Below, piece after piece: positions 1 through 12,270 of a stretch of 64,000 nucleotides of DNA; the stretch's first letter is position 1; every line of letters begins with the position of its first letter. The notes beneath the pieces were generated by a model that saw nothing but the letters and a program-made list of their open reading frames with translations, had not been told where the DNA came from and ran no database searches. The stretch comes from Laetmonice hystrix (Eukaryota): positions 18,104,001-18,168,000 of the forward strand of contig OZ249437.1 of the NCBI GenBank assembly GCA_965235115.1, read 5' to 3'. The translations under genes and the position numbers were made by a program.

Positions 1-610
1 TACAATATGTATAATGTTGTGGGCCACTAGATTTAATAAAATATGTGCTATTCCTAGTACTTTTAGAGAAAAAGAGATGTTTAATGTGCCAAACCCTACA
101 CAGAAACTGCAACATTAGGACGATATGACTGTAACGAGAAGTTCAAGGGAAATCGTATCATTATCACGTTTAGCAACACATTCAGAACGTTTCATATTTC
201 CCAATGTTGGCAAGATATTTTCCTATCAGAGATCAGGAAGTGCATTGGCTCATGGAAAAAGAGACTGAGAGCAGTATGGAGTGAAAACGGGGGACCGATT
301 GACCACCTACTCTAGTGTGAGGCCATGGACTCTGGGTGCGACTACCACTCGCTTTAGGCCGGCATTGCGCTTTTGTACAATGATTTTTGTTTTAAGCCCC
401 ACGGAAATATTATCCAAGCTATTGAGTTGTAACATTAACAACTAAGAGACAACATCATGAAGTGATATTAAGAAAAATTTCATTGAATTACAATAATTAC
501 TTTTTGAGATATTGAAGTTTAAAGTTCGGGGCGTTTTTTTTATCCACCCATATATATCAACTGTGTGAATGTAACTGAAAGTAGGTTCTTTAAAATATCG
601 CAACAAATCA

Positions 611-901
611 CAGGGTTCCCACAGGTTCGCTATTTTGAAATTTTCATGACCTTTTCATGACATATCCAGACCAAAACTCCCAAATGTTATGACCAATTCC
701 GGATAAAATACACTAAAATCTCTTTGTTCCCTTTACAGTTTACACCTAACAGAAACAAAAATGTAGTACAAGAGAAATCTTAAATTCCATGATTTTTTCA
801 TGACTTTCCCTCATTTTTCTATTTTCTATTTTTCATTACTTTTCCAGGCCGGGAAAATCAAATGCCATTTTCTATGACTTTTCACGACCGTGGGAACCCT
901 G
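611..901. mobile_element. Non-autonomous TIR element (MITE, hAT-like termini CAG...CTG)
   Basis: Left end CAGGGTTCCCAC (611-622) is the perfect reverse complement of right end GTGGGAACCCTG (890-901). Flanks acaaatca / tgaattca match at only 5 of 8, so the TSD is degraded and the superfamily is tentative. Confidence 0.7.
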
Positions 902-1079
902 TGAATTCATATATGGACTAATATACTTCAAGACGGAACGAAAAATTCTTACAGGTCTGTGATTACACAAACATCTGAGGTGTGAGAGTATGTTCTTGGA
1001 GACATTACGAGGGACACCTGGTATGCGTAGATAGCGGAACGCTTTAATGATTGCTCCCAAGACTTCACACAGGACCTAC

Positions 1080-1190
1080 CTTTTTCCGTTGTTGCTGCTC
1101 TTTGGTTGAGTGGTTCTTGACGTGTTTGCGTAATGAGCTGGGATCGGTGTATCGCTTGTTGCAGCCTTGTATTTGACATGCGTATGGCTT
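1080..1190 (-). CDS. GLIS3: GLIS1/3-type zinc-finger TF exon: ZF5 (not shown in this frame in the ORF track)
   Basis: Acceptor cttacAG|AAG at 1191/1190 and donor AAG|GTAGGT at 1080/1079. 111 nt = 37 codons, [37 protein letters not shown], closely matching GLIS3 ZF5 and its following KEQQxRKK. Further exons are not seen in 1-1079 and presumably lie outside the window. Confidence 0.96.
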
Positions 1191-1549
1191 CTGTAAGGTC
1201 GCGGAAAAAACCCGGACGAATCAAGATCAATTTACCATCCAAGATTGGTTCATAATGGTGTTTATCTGCAGAATTTAGATGGCTTGATATAAACGGCGAG
1301 AATGACTCCCCCTACACACAATTTCCAGGAGGCATCAATGTTTCCATTAGAAATGTTTCAGATGAAAATTATAATACATGTAATTAATAATTGTGTCCAT
1401 GATATTTTGACGTTTGTATTATTTGTTTGACACCTGTCGCTAAGCACGAGAAATGACATTCAATTCCTTGAGTCACAATCTTTGGTTATTTGCGTGTCTT
1501 CCTTGAAATGCGCAAGTGAACATTCGTTTGGGCTCCAGCAAGATGGTGT

Positions 1550-2133
1550 AGAGGAAAATAAGGAGGGGGCAGAAGAAGAGGAAGTGAAAGAAGGAAGGCA
1601 AGGATGAGTAGGAGGAGCAGGAGGCGAAGGCAGAGGAGAAGCAGAAAGAGCAGGAAGAGAGGGACAGGAGGAGGAAGAGCAGGAGCAGGCAGAGGAGCAG
1701 GAGCAGGAGGAAGAAGAGGAGGGGCAGGAGCAGAAGAAGAGGAAAAGAAAGAAAGAATGCGAGGGGCAGTAGGAACAGGAGGAGGAGCAGGAGTAGGGAG
1801 GGCAACATGAGCAGGAGCAGGAGCAGGGGAGGAGCAGCAGGAGCAGGAGCAGGAACAGGAGCAGGAACATGAGCATGAGGAGCAGGAAGAGGAGGGGGAG
1901 AAGGGGGAGCAGCAGGAGCAGGGACAGGAGGAGGGGAGGAGCAGCAGGAGCAGGAGCAGGAGCAGGAACATGAGGAGCAGGAAGAGGAGGAGCAGGAGGC
2001 TAGGAGCCGGACCAGTAAGAGGAGGAGGAGGAGCAGGAGCAGGAGCAGGAACATGAGGAGCAGGAAGAGGAGGAGCAGGAGGAGGAGCAGGAGCAGGAGC
2101 AGGGGAAGGCAGAGAAGCAGGAATAGGAGGAGG
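1550..2133. repeat. Purine-rich low-complexity repeat (GAGCAG/GAGGAG) filling the ZF4-ZF5 intron
   Basis: Runs of gcaggagcaggag, gaggaggag and gaagaggag. Produces the spurious Pro/Leu/Ser/Cys ORFs at 1460-2274. Confidence 0.95.
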
Positions 2134-2142
2134 CGAACTTAC

Positions 2143-2304
2143 CGTGTCCAGATGTGTTCGCTGGTGTTTGGCCCTGTCAGACGAGTTGGAGAAGGCCTTG
2201 TTACAGCCAGGATGTTGACAAAGGTAGGGTTTCTCTCCCGTGTGCGAGCGCAGGTGAATCTTCAAATTCTCCAACCGAGAGAAAGCTTTTTCGCATCCTT
2301 CAAA
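2143..2304 (-). CDS. GLIS3: GLIS1/3-type zinc-finger TF exon: ZF3 and ZF4 (FEGCEKAF...RTHLDT)
   Basis: Acceptor ccttaatttcAG|TTT at 2305/2304 and donor ACG|GTAAGT at 2143/2142. 162 nt = 54 codons, phase 0/0. Peptide [54 protein letters not shown]. Confidence 0.97.
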
Positions 2305-3177
2305 CTGAAATTAAGGAATTGTGCATTGAATTCATGTTTGCTCAGATGCATATCTGAGGGATCATCTAATCATCTATGTTATATGTCACAAGTATAATAA
2401 GTACACGACTCAACAGAGTAGCTCAGCAAGAGGAAGACAATGTCGGTGTTTTACACTATGTGGAATCTCCCTTGATCAACCTTATAATCTGACCCTGATG
2501 TATAGTCCTCCCTCATCACCTGAATCAATGGAAAGTCAGACCCCCCCCCCCCCAATTAGGGTTAATCTTTTCCAGCAAAAACGATTAGATGTCACGCAAA
2601 GGGTCTTTTCCTCTGACCCTTTCTCTATGAAAAATTTCTGAATCGCTATAATATTACTGGCAGTCCTCCGAACTGCCTCTTCAGCTGTGAAACCGAACCT
2701 TACTGAAATTGGCACACGAATAAACACCCGGGAGGGCCGCAGACCTGTAAACATGCGACCAAGTGGTCTCTATCATGACAGACCCCCCTCCTCTCAATCC
2801 CAGTCTGTTTAATTGATGATCAGGCATGAGTACCAATTGACACTCTACACAAGACTAGAATGAGCAGGACTCCTGCATGCGGGATGAAGTGAGTAGGCCA
2901 GAGGTGGTCGTCTGTACGTAGTACAAAGTCTACCCCCCTCCTCATCCAGACCCGGCTAGACAAATCAATGTAGGCCCACACTGTACTGGGCACAAGGACC
3001 GAAGGCCGTATTATCCACTTTAAACCACATCCAGGGCCGTCCACAGACGTTCCTGAGGGCGCAATCTATGTATGAGGAAGTATGCCTCTATATAGCTCTA
3101 AGTCTAAATACACAAAATAGGGCATCTGCATGGTGACTCTTCTCCAATGTCACATAAATTGAAAACCTTTTATTCTT

Positions 3178-3417
3178 AAATAGTAATTAGGTTTGCATGC
3201 CTGTTTCCTTCTCTGAAATAATAATTAGGTTTGCATGCCTGTTTCCTTCTCTAAAATAATAATTAGGTTTGCATGCCTGTTTCCTTCTCTGAAATAATAA
3301 TTAGGTTTGTATGCCTGTTTGCTTCTCTGAAATAATAATTAGGTTTGTATGCCTGTTTCCTTCTCTAAAATAATAATTAGGTTTGTATGCCTGTTTTCTT
3401 CTCTAAAATAATAATTA
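3178..3417. repeat. 38-bp minisatellite, about 6 copies
   Basis: Unit taattaggtttgcatgcctgtttccttctctgaaataa. Confidence 0.95.
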
Positions 3418-3863
3418 GCCTGTATCCGTGCATGTCCCTCTCACCTACGGCTCCAAGACCCTGCATTTTTTCCTATATTTTCTTAATTTATCCTCCCTGG
3501 TCTTGAAGGTCGCTTCCTCAACTTTTTTTATACGTGTATGTAAGGTCTATCATGCACGTGGGCCTAAATACGGTAGGCCGAAGGCCTTACTGCCAGAAGC
3601 GAATGTCTGAGATAAAGTCTAAACGGGGCAGTAGCTGCGTTGTTTGTTCATCACTGTATCGCGTTACAAATATTTGGCCTCGTGCTTACGTTTACTGACA
3701 CTGTGTTTGGCCAGGCTTTCAACATTGACATGTCAATTTTCACCAAGCACACACACAGTGGGATACACCCTGGAAGGGCACACCAATTACTGATCTGGCT
3801 CCCTCAAAGTCCATGTAACCACTGAGCTGGTGCAACCTCAAAATCTCAGAATAGAATTTAGAA

Positions 3864-4269
3864 TTTATGACCTCTCAGAGCCAGATTCAGGTGGACACCA
3901 ATAGATTATGACCTCTCAGAGACAGATTCAGGTGGGCACCAATAGATTATGACCTCTCAGAGCCAGATTCAGGTGGGCCCCAATACATTATGACCTCTCA
4001 GAGCCAGATTCAGGTGGACACCAATAAATTATGACCTCTCAGAGCCAGATTCAGGTGGGCCCCAATACATTATGACCTCTCAGAGCCATATTCAGGGGGC
4101 ACCAATAGATTATGACCTCTCAGAGCCATATTCAGGGGGCACCAATAGATTATGACCTCTCAGAGCCAGATTCAGGTGGGCACCAATAGATTGTGACCTC
4201 TCAGAGCCAGATTCAGGTGGGCCCCAATAGATTATGACCTCTCATAGCCAGATTCCGGTGGGCACCAAT
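3864..4269. repeat. About 41-bp minisatellite, about 10 copies
   Basis: Unit gattatgacctctcagagccagattcaggtgggcaccaata. Confidence 0.95.
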
Positions 4270-4649
4270 GACAGACCAACTGGTTATTAACTAGTGACCT
4301 CGCATTTACTTCTAATATATAAATTAACGATATCATTAATAACGAGATCTAGTAAGACGGACCCGGGTCCCAACAGGAAGCCGTGTCCCTGACTCTCATC
4401 CCTAGCTAGTTGGTGGGTATGTTACGACGGCGTGTACCCGGCTGAGACCTGGAGGAGGCTGTGTGGAGGCGACATTCCAGCAGGTCCAGCCGTCCCTAAG
4501 GTACCATCTCCAAGAGTCTGCCATCACCATCTCCGAGACACCCGATACGGCTGACACTGGCCTCGGCGCAGTCTGTCACAGTCTGTCACCTTCTACAGCA
4601 TCACGTCACACGAGTTCCGACCCGTGAGGGCAGTGGAGGATCGCACTGC

Positions 4650-6001
4650 ACGTACTGGAGGATCACATCCAGGCCTGCATGCAGCTCGCCCTGCCAGTAT
4701 TGGAGGATCACATCCAGGCCTACATGCAGCTCGCCCTGCCAGTACTGGAGGATCACATCCAGGCCTACATGCAGATCGCACTGCACGTACTGGAGGATCA
4801 CATCCAGGCCTACATGCAGCTCGCACTGCACGTACTGGAGGATCACATCCAGGCCTACATGCCGCTCGCCCTGCCAGTACTGGAGGATCACATCCAGGCC
4901 TACATGCAGATCGCACTGCACGTACTGGAGGATCACATCCAGGCCTGCACGCAGCTCGCCCTGCCAGTACTGGAGGATCACATCCAGGCCTACATGCAGA
5001 TCGCACTGCACGTACCGGAGGATCACATCCAGGCCTGCATGCAGCTCGGTCTGCCAGTACTGGAGGATCACACCCAGGCCTACATGCAGCTCGCACTGCC
5101 AGTACTGGAGGATCACATCCAGGCCTGCATGCAGCTCGCTCTGCCAGTACTGGAGGATCACATCCAGGCCTGCATGCAGCTCGCATTGCACGTACTGGAG
5201 GATCCCATCCAGGCCTGCATGCAGCTCGCACTGCACGTACTGGAGGATCACATCCAGGCCTACATGCAGCTCGCTCTGCCAGTACTGGAGGATCACATCC
5301 AGGCCTGCATGCAGCTCGCTCTGCCAGTACTGGAGGATCACATCCAGGCCTGCATGCAGCTCGCTCTGCCAGTACTGGAGGATCACATCCAGGCCTGCAT
5401 GCAGCTCGCTCTGCCAGTACTCGAGGATCACATCCAGGCCTGCATGCAGCTCGCTCTGCCAGTACTCGAGGATCACATCCAGGCCTGCATGCAGCTCGGT
5501 CTGCCAGTACTCGAGGATCACATCCAGGCCTGCATGCAGCTAGCTCAGCCAGTACTGGAGGATCACATCCAGGCCTACATGCAGCTCGCTCTGCCAGTAC
5601 TGGAGGATCACATCCAGGCCTGCATGCAGCTCGCTCTGTCAGTACTGGAGGATCACATCCAGGCCTGCATGCAGCTCGGTCTGCCAGTACTGGAGGATCA
5701 CACCCAGGCCTGCATGCAGCTCGCTCTGCCAGTACTGGAGGATCACATCCAGGCCTGCATGCAGCTCGCACTGCCAGTAATGGAGGATCACATCCAGGCC
5801 TGCATGCAGCTCGCTCTGCCAGTACTCGAGGATCACATCCAGGCCTGAATGCAGCTCGCTCTGCCAGTACTGGAGGATCACATCCAGGCCTGCATGCAGC
5901 TCGCATTGCACGTACTGGAGGATCACATCCAGGCCTGCATGCAGCTCGCTCTGCCAGTACTGGAGGATCACATCCAGACCTGCATGAAGCTCGCTCTGCC
6001 A
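4650..6001. repeat. 45-bp minisatellite, about 30 copies
   Basis: Unit gtactggaggatcacatccaggcctgcatgcagctcgctctgcca, with variant cgcactgcac. The unit is 15 codons, giving long repetitive ORFs on both strands. Confidence 0.97.
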
Positions 6002-6450
6002 GGGTCACCGTCCCTCCGTCACATTTCTGCCATATTTCTCCGACACGTCCTACTTTTAAGACAACCGGGCAGCCCGACGATATATAGGGACATCTGCATC
6101 CGCCAATCTCGTTATCTCGTGATTATCCCACTGGGCAAGGTCCCACAAGATCTTGATACCCGCTATAAGTAAGTCTGCGCAAGGCCCTAGGATATTAACA
6201 CTTCTTAATGGATAGAAATTAGCTCTTATTCTTCAGGGTGAGTTCTCTGGAAACATCGGACTGGTTCTTCAGTATGGCTGCCTATAAGTAATCATTGATA
6301 CGAAGCTAGGTGTGCACTTATATACGGTGCAGACACTGATACGGTTGGAAATAAACATATAAAAAATATCAGTACTTTTAACATGTTTTTAATATGTTTA
6401 CTTTTAACCGTATCCGTGTCCGCACGGGACAAGTAGGCTCGTAGCTATAC

Positions 6451-6612
6451 CAGGGCGCCGCTTCCAGGGGGAGGCGGACGTGCCCCCTCCCCACTTTTGT
6501 CGGTGGCCTAAAAAGGTCAAAAGCTCCTGACATTAGCCTAACTTCAAAGGTCAAACACATATCAAGGTTGCCCCCCCCCCCCCCCACTTTGAAATATGCA
6601 GCAGCGCCCCTG
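6451..6612. mobile_element. Small MITE-like element with imperfect GC-rich TIRs and internal poly-C
   Basis: Left cagggcgccgc versus reverse complement of right end caggggcgctgc. Internal C run near 6570-6585. No clear TSD. Confidence 0.45.
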
Positions 6613-6999
6613 CTCATTTTTGCTGCGCTAACAGTGTTTTCATTCTTATCCCTGAAGTTAGAAGAGCGTATCCAATCTAGGAACGTTATCAGTTGAAGGA
6701 TCGGAGAAGCCAGCTTATAAACGCAGTGTTTCAGTGGACCATCTTCCCATTTTTAGGCTCCACATATACTTCTGGTCTGGAGGTCCAATCTTTCCACTGG
6801 ATCTAATCCTTCCACTACACCAAGGCCCGTTCTCTTTCTCTTTGAAACTCCCGGAACTCAGCTCAGGACATAATAATACATCCTATAGCTCTGCCTTACA
6901 AATCTGTAGGTACGTGTGCCAGGCAGTTTATGGTTCCTCCAAGATCAACAGATGCCCTTTATCAAACTAAATTCACCTTTGAGACATAAGGCAGAAAGA

Positions 7000-7007
7000 G
7001 AGAGACA

Positions 7008-7050
<43 letters not shown>

Positions 7051-7091
7051 AGAGAGAGACAGATAGAGAGACAGATAGAGAGAGAGAGAGA
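7000..7091. repeat. (GA)n microsatellite
   Basis: [14 protein letters not shown] interrupted by acag. Confidence 0.95.
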
Positions 7092-7557
7092 GCTGGTAGC
7101 TGTCAAACCTGGCCTCTAATATTTGATTAATGACTTGTTCAAGATGTCATCGTGTTTCTTGACAATGTTCTTTGTAAGAAGAGTTTAACATTCACGGATG
7201 GCATCTGGCATGTATTAGGATCAAATGGTTCTTGGTTGTCTCTTCCGACGTATGCGGCACACGAAAAAACCACAACAGTTTTGTATATCACAGACACCAA
7301 CACAACTGAAACATGTCGGCGGTAACCTAAAGACATACTTATACATTATTCATTACAATGAACTCTGGCCATAGTTAGGTTTTTCCTGGCCTCCTATGTT
7401 TTTTAAAGCTGATGGTGAACAGGCCAGCCCCATAGTTTTGCAGGTATGCTGGGCATCACGGCTCTCAGGCCATGAAGTTCACAACTACATAGCATTTGTT
7501 CGGTTTCTGGTTTAGATTTTTTTTCTTTTTTTTTGGGGGGGGGGGGTTAGGTCTACC

Positions 7558-7607
7558 CTTAGTACCCGGAAAAACCACCGACCTTGCGGCAGGTAACTGA
7601 CAAACCT
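7558..7607 (-). mobile_element. SINE core fragment
   Basis: Reverse complement aggtttgtcagttacctgccgcaaggtcggtggtttttccgggtact resembles the SINE body at 31013-31065. Confidence 0.5.
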
Positions 7608-8223
7608 GGTTCCAAGAGAGTCGAGCTCAGAGGTGAGAGGGCAAAAAGGGCACAAACCTTGAGCCCTATTTCTCTCGATACACAGAGCATGCATTCAAAA
7701 ACTGCTGCAGCCGACGGCAAATAACTCGACTTTTTTTGTGACCAGAACAAACTCATAAGAAGGAGCAAGCCTGTCACAGAGGCATGTAAGCATGCCGTAG
7801 TTTTCACATGTGATGGTACAACATCAGTATGCTGTTCAAAGTTCACCAATGTACAATGCTGAAACATCGACAAAAATACTCCTCCACATAATATAACCAG
7901 ATTTTTGACAAAAATGAGTGGATTTCTGCTTCTTCCATACAAGACTGTTTTATGTCTCCTCTGGTATTTTCCGTCTTGTATATACATGCCTTTATTGTTT
8001 ATGATATAAACAGTGGCCTTTGATATCTAGCTAGCACATAAACATGTGTAGAGAGGCGGATCATAGCGTGATTGTTATGGTATACGCCGGCACTGAGGTC
8101 AGCCTTACGTAGTAGATCTTTGAGAAAGGAATTTAGAGTCGAACGAGAAAACCTCGTGTACGGTTCATAATGTGAAAGGTGTCCGTTTTGCTCTAGAGGT
8201 GCTAAAGTAGTTCAGGTTCAGTG

Positions 8224-8237
8224 GCACTAGAGGGCGC
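8224..8237 (+). promoter_or_regulatory. CTCF-like motif (intronic)
   Basis: GCACTAGAGGGCGC, 13/14 match to CCRCYAGRKGGCRS. Confidence 0.45.
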
Positions 8238-8719
8238 TGGACCACTGGCATCCAGATGTCTTGATTCTAACCCACCGGGGACCCAAGGCCTTGTCATGCA
8301 TTCAGAGAAAATGTAACGTAATATTTAAGAGAATGTCGGAGTAGAAAAAATTAAACATCTCTTGAAGTCCGGCACAAAGAGAATCAAAAGAAGATTTCCA
8401 TCTGGTTGAATCCATATGTCATTCTGTGTCCCATTCACTTGAGCGTCTGCTGCCGACTTGTCTGGCAACTGATGACTCTACCAGCTGCTGCCGCACAGTC
8501 ATAGTAATGTACCAGAACATTCAACTGCTCAAGGTGAATCTGATTTCTTACCCTTTTTCTTTCTTTCTCTTCTCAAAAGAAAATCCCAAATGTTAAGTGA
8601 ACTTTTTTTACATCTGCTTGTCAACTTCAGAGGAAAGGGAGTAACATTTATCTCTTGGTGCTGACACCGCATCAGGCTACCTTGTCATGAGGATGATAGG
8701 GAACCGCAAAGTCGGCTTG

Positions 8720-8834
8720 TACTGCACCAACATTCACATTCAGACTGTTATACTGCACCAACATTCACAATCAGACTGTTATACTGCAACAACATTCACA
8801 TTCAGACTGTTATACTGCACCAACATTCACATTC
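8720..8834. repeat. 31-bp minisatellite, about 3.7 copies
   Basis: Unit tactgcaccaacattcacattcagactgtta. Confidence 0.9.
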
Positions 8835-10834
8835 TTTCGGGACAACATTGGAGATTCCATGGAAGCTGAGACAACTGCCTAACATGGTTGACACCTTCAC
8901 AAATGTTGAAGATATTGTTTTGGACCAATGAGAACGATCTGATTGACGTACAGGAGTCGTTAATCAAAGCTTGTCGAGGCAGACACCCCCTGCCGGCCCC
9001 ACCTTTCGACTGTATGACCCCACCTGTCGACAATCACATGGTCGTTCTACAAGTTGACATCGACTCACAGACACCAATTAAAGGTCCATCCATCATGTCG
9101 GTCGGTTTGACAAGTTGTAAATCTTGGGTGGCTGTTCTCTGATCGCTTTACCGCACCCTGTACACTTGTCTCATCCATGTCTTCATACTGAGAGCTTGCA
9201 TGGTCTGGGGGTAATTTACCCCCCTCCCCTCTACAAAAAGGGTACTAGTTACGGACTGCTAAATATTACATAGAGTTGGTCGTCATATGGGGTCTACTGC
9301 ATAGAGCATATATTTTTCTATATGAACTTCTTAATTACCATTATGTGGGTTGGATAAGAAGTTCAATGTTTAGAGCTTCCCACCTCCCGGATACCGAGGG
9401 TATTTATTATTTAACGTAAAGAGATTTCGGATTTCTGGCTTAAAACCGACATTTCGGTCGACTGGCCTCCCGCAGCAGAAGCGTAGTGAGCCCCAGACAA
9501 CACCTGCAGCGCTCTCTGGTGTCATAATGGCGTTGTTCGTGAACAACCCTATAATATGAAGCCATTATTGACTTCGTTCATGACTGGTTTTTTTTACATT
9601 TTTTTGTGATAACACGGGAGACCGTAGAAATGCCATCGAATTTACCATCTGCAGATATACAGTATTCAAAATGGAGATTTAACCAATATTTCGACAGAGC
9701 AGTTTTGTTCTTCGACAACAAAAGTTCATCGTCAGGTATCGGGTACATTGTACGTGGGCCATTGGGGGAAAATTCAATCCTATAATTGAAATACTCAGAA
9801 CTCTTTCGATTTACAAATTATCCTGGAAAAGCTAATTTGACCCTAGTTTTTTTTCTCTCTCTCATACAAACATACCGCAGGGCGTTGACGTCTATATTCC
9901 TACAGAATATCTTTCCGTACCAGAGCGGACCTCCGCCCGTTTATTTGCTCTAGTAAGGAGATATATTATACAGCGCTGATGTAGTTGTCCTAGTTGATTA
10001 TACAATGAGAGCATTGTTATCGGGGTGGTGTCAGAAATGTGGTTTTAATGAGGAGGTCAATGAATCAGTCAGTGCCAGGGACACCACAGCCAGGGCAAGT
10101 ACCAGTAACCAAGAGCACATTTCGGTGTGTATGGGAGCGGGGTAGGCCCTAATTACGTCCCGCCCAGGTGTGCAGGTCACCAATGATCAGACAATCATCG
10201 TAATTATCTGATTACAGTCTCACCGCAAGTAACATCTTGATATCTCGACAGAATTAAAACCAACGACAAAAATCAAAAGTCTCGTATGGAAATCGAAATA
10301 ATTTTGCTCGACGTAGCATTTTACAATCAGGCCCACAAATTAGAACGAAGAAATCCATCAGCAAGTTTAGAAACCAACTTCAAAATCATCCCATATTATC
10401 AAAATTCCGTTGAAGACCATGGTACACCCACCATTCTACACCCGGACTCATACCCTAACATATTATGCCCACTCATAAACAAAGGATGGTTTGTATACAA
10501 ATGATCGACACCAAAACGTTATAATCTTGGTGTCCAAGATCAGGTTAAGTCGTGCCCGGCTAGGGGCGGACTAGTGGATCATGACATCCGTATGTATCAC
10601 CATTATCTCCAGTCATACCGGCCTGGCTGACCTTCTCAACCAACGTATCACTGATAACAGAACTTGGCCCCATCATTCTGGACACTACCGTAGAATTCCT
10701 CCTCAAAAGACAATAGGCAGGTCATCCACCGAGACCACAGCGACATTGCTGGAATACCAGCACTATCGAGAGAATCCACTTCACTCCTGCAATCGATCAT
10801 GTTATACAGACAGCTTCAGTGTAAATGTGTATTT

Positions 10835-11685
10835 GATTTGTTACCTTTTCCTATTCCCGGTCGTCTATTTGCTTGTTACCTGGCTGTTCCCGGTCGTCTA
10901 TTTGATTGTTACCTGGCTGTTCCCGGTCGTCTATTTGATTGTTACCTGGCTGTTCCCGGTCGTCTATTTGATTGTTACCTGTTCCCGGTCGTCTATTTGA
11001 TTGTTACCTTTTCCTATTCGTCTATTTGCTTGTTACCTGGCTGTTCCCGGTCGTCAATTTGATTGTTACCTGGCTGTTCCCGGTCGTTTATTTGATTGTT
11101 ACCTGTTCCCGGTCATCTATTTGATTGTTACCTGTTCCCGGTCGTCTATTTGCTTGTTACCTGGCTGTTCTCTGTCGTCTATTTGCTTGTTACCTGGCTG
11201 TTCCCGGTCGTCTATTTGATTGTTACCTGTTCCCGGTCGTCTATTTGCTTGTTACCTGTTCGCGATCGTCTATTTGCTTGTTACCTGTTCCCGGTCGTCT
11301 ATTTGCTTGTTACCTGTTCCCGGTCGTCTATTTGATTGTTACCTGGCTGTTCCCGGTCGTCTATTTGATTGTTACCTGGCTGTTCCCGGTCGTCTATTTG
11401 ATTGTTACCTTTCCCTATTCGTCTATTTGCTTGTTACCTGGCTGTCTGTTCCCGGTCGTCTATTTGATTGTTACCTGTTCCCGGTCGTCTATTTGATTGT
11501 TACCTGGCTGTTCCCGGTCGTCTATTTGATTGTTACCTGTTCCCGGTCGTCTATTTGATTGTTACCTGTTCCCGGTCGTCTATTTGCTTGTTACCTGTTC
11601 CCGGTCGTCTATTTGCTTGTTACCTGTTCCCGGTCGTCTATTTGATTGTTACCTGTTCCCAATCGTCTATTTGATTGTTACCTGT
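10835..11685. repeat. 29/33-bp mixed-unit minisatellite, about 27 copies
   Basis: Unit cccggtcgtctatttgattgttacct(ggct)gtt. Source of the VVYLIVTWLFP ORFs. Confidence 0.95.
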
Positions 11686-12270
11686 TGCCATAACCTCCTG
11701 CTGCTATTGCTTTTGTTTGTATGAATAATTTGGGTTACTCAAGTACTGTTTGACCTATCCGGATCTGTCACTGATTACCTTATTGGTTACATACTTTCTC
11801 ACTAAAGTGTTCCTGAAAAAAAGTCATGCTCTACACTAGACAGGTTGATAATATTTCTCCATGTAGATTCAATACTATAAATCTAAACAATCAACAAACA
11901 CACCCAAAGGCACATGGACAACATTCTTGAGTTCACATCATGGATTATCCTCACGACTTTGGGCGAAGCGTTTGTTAATTGCCTGTAGGGGGTGGTTAAT
12001 AACAGCATACACATGGCACAGCTTGGCAGAATTCAGAGCACGTGGAGAGGTAACTAGAATCATGTCTGTGGGCGTGGACAGGAAGGTATACTATTGTGAT
12101 TTCAGCACTGTCAAACAAAACCTTGAATACTTCTTTACGTCTTGGTTTCGGAGGTTAATCCGAACACAGAACCAGATAAGGACACGCCCTGAATTGTGCG
12201 AGGATTTGTATCCCATTTTGTTCTCTTTGTTTTTCGTTTTGATTTAGCAAAGATGAAATATTTGACTTAC

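Noticed and set aside
1460-2397. Pro/Leu/Cys/Arg-rich ORFs
   Set aside because: Low-complexity purine tract. Only 2143-2304 is a real exon.
4593-6087. Long ORFs of 306-487 aa on both strands
   Set aside because: They are translations of a 45-bp tandem repeat inside a GLIS intron, open in several frames at once, with no domain or splice context.
8366-9142. Exon-like open stretches (LVESICHSVSHSLERLL..., donor-like AAG|GTGAAT)
   Set aside because: No recognisable homology and stops nearby. May be an old transposon relic but cannot be supported.
10581-11724. Hydrophobic repeat ORFs resembling membrane proteins
   Set aside because: Derived from the 29/33-bp array.
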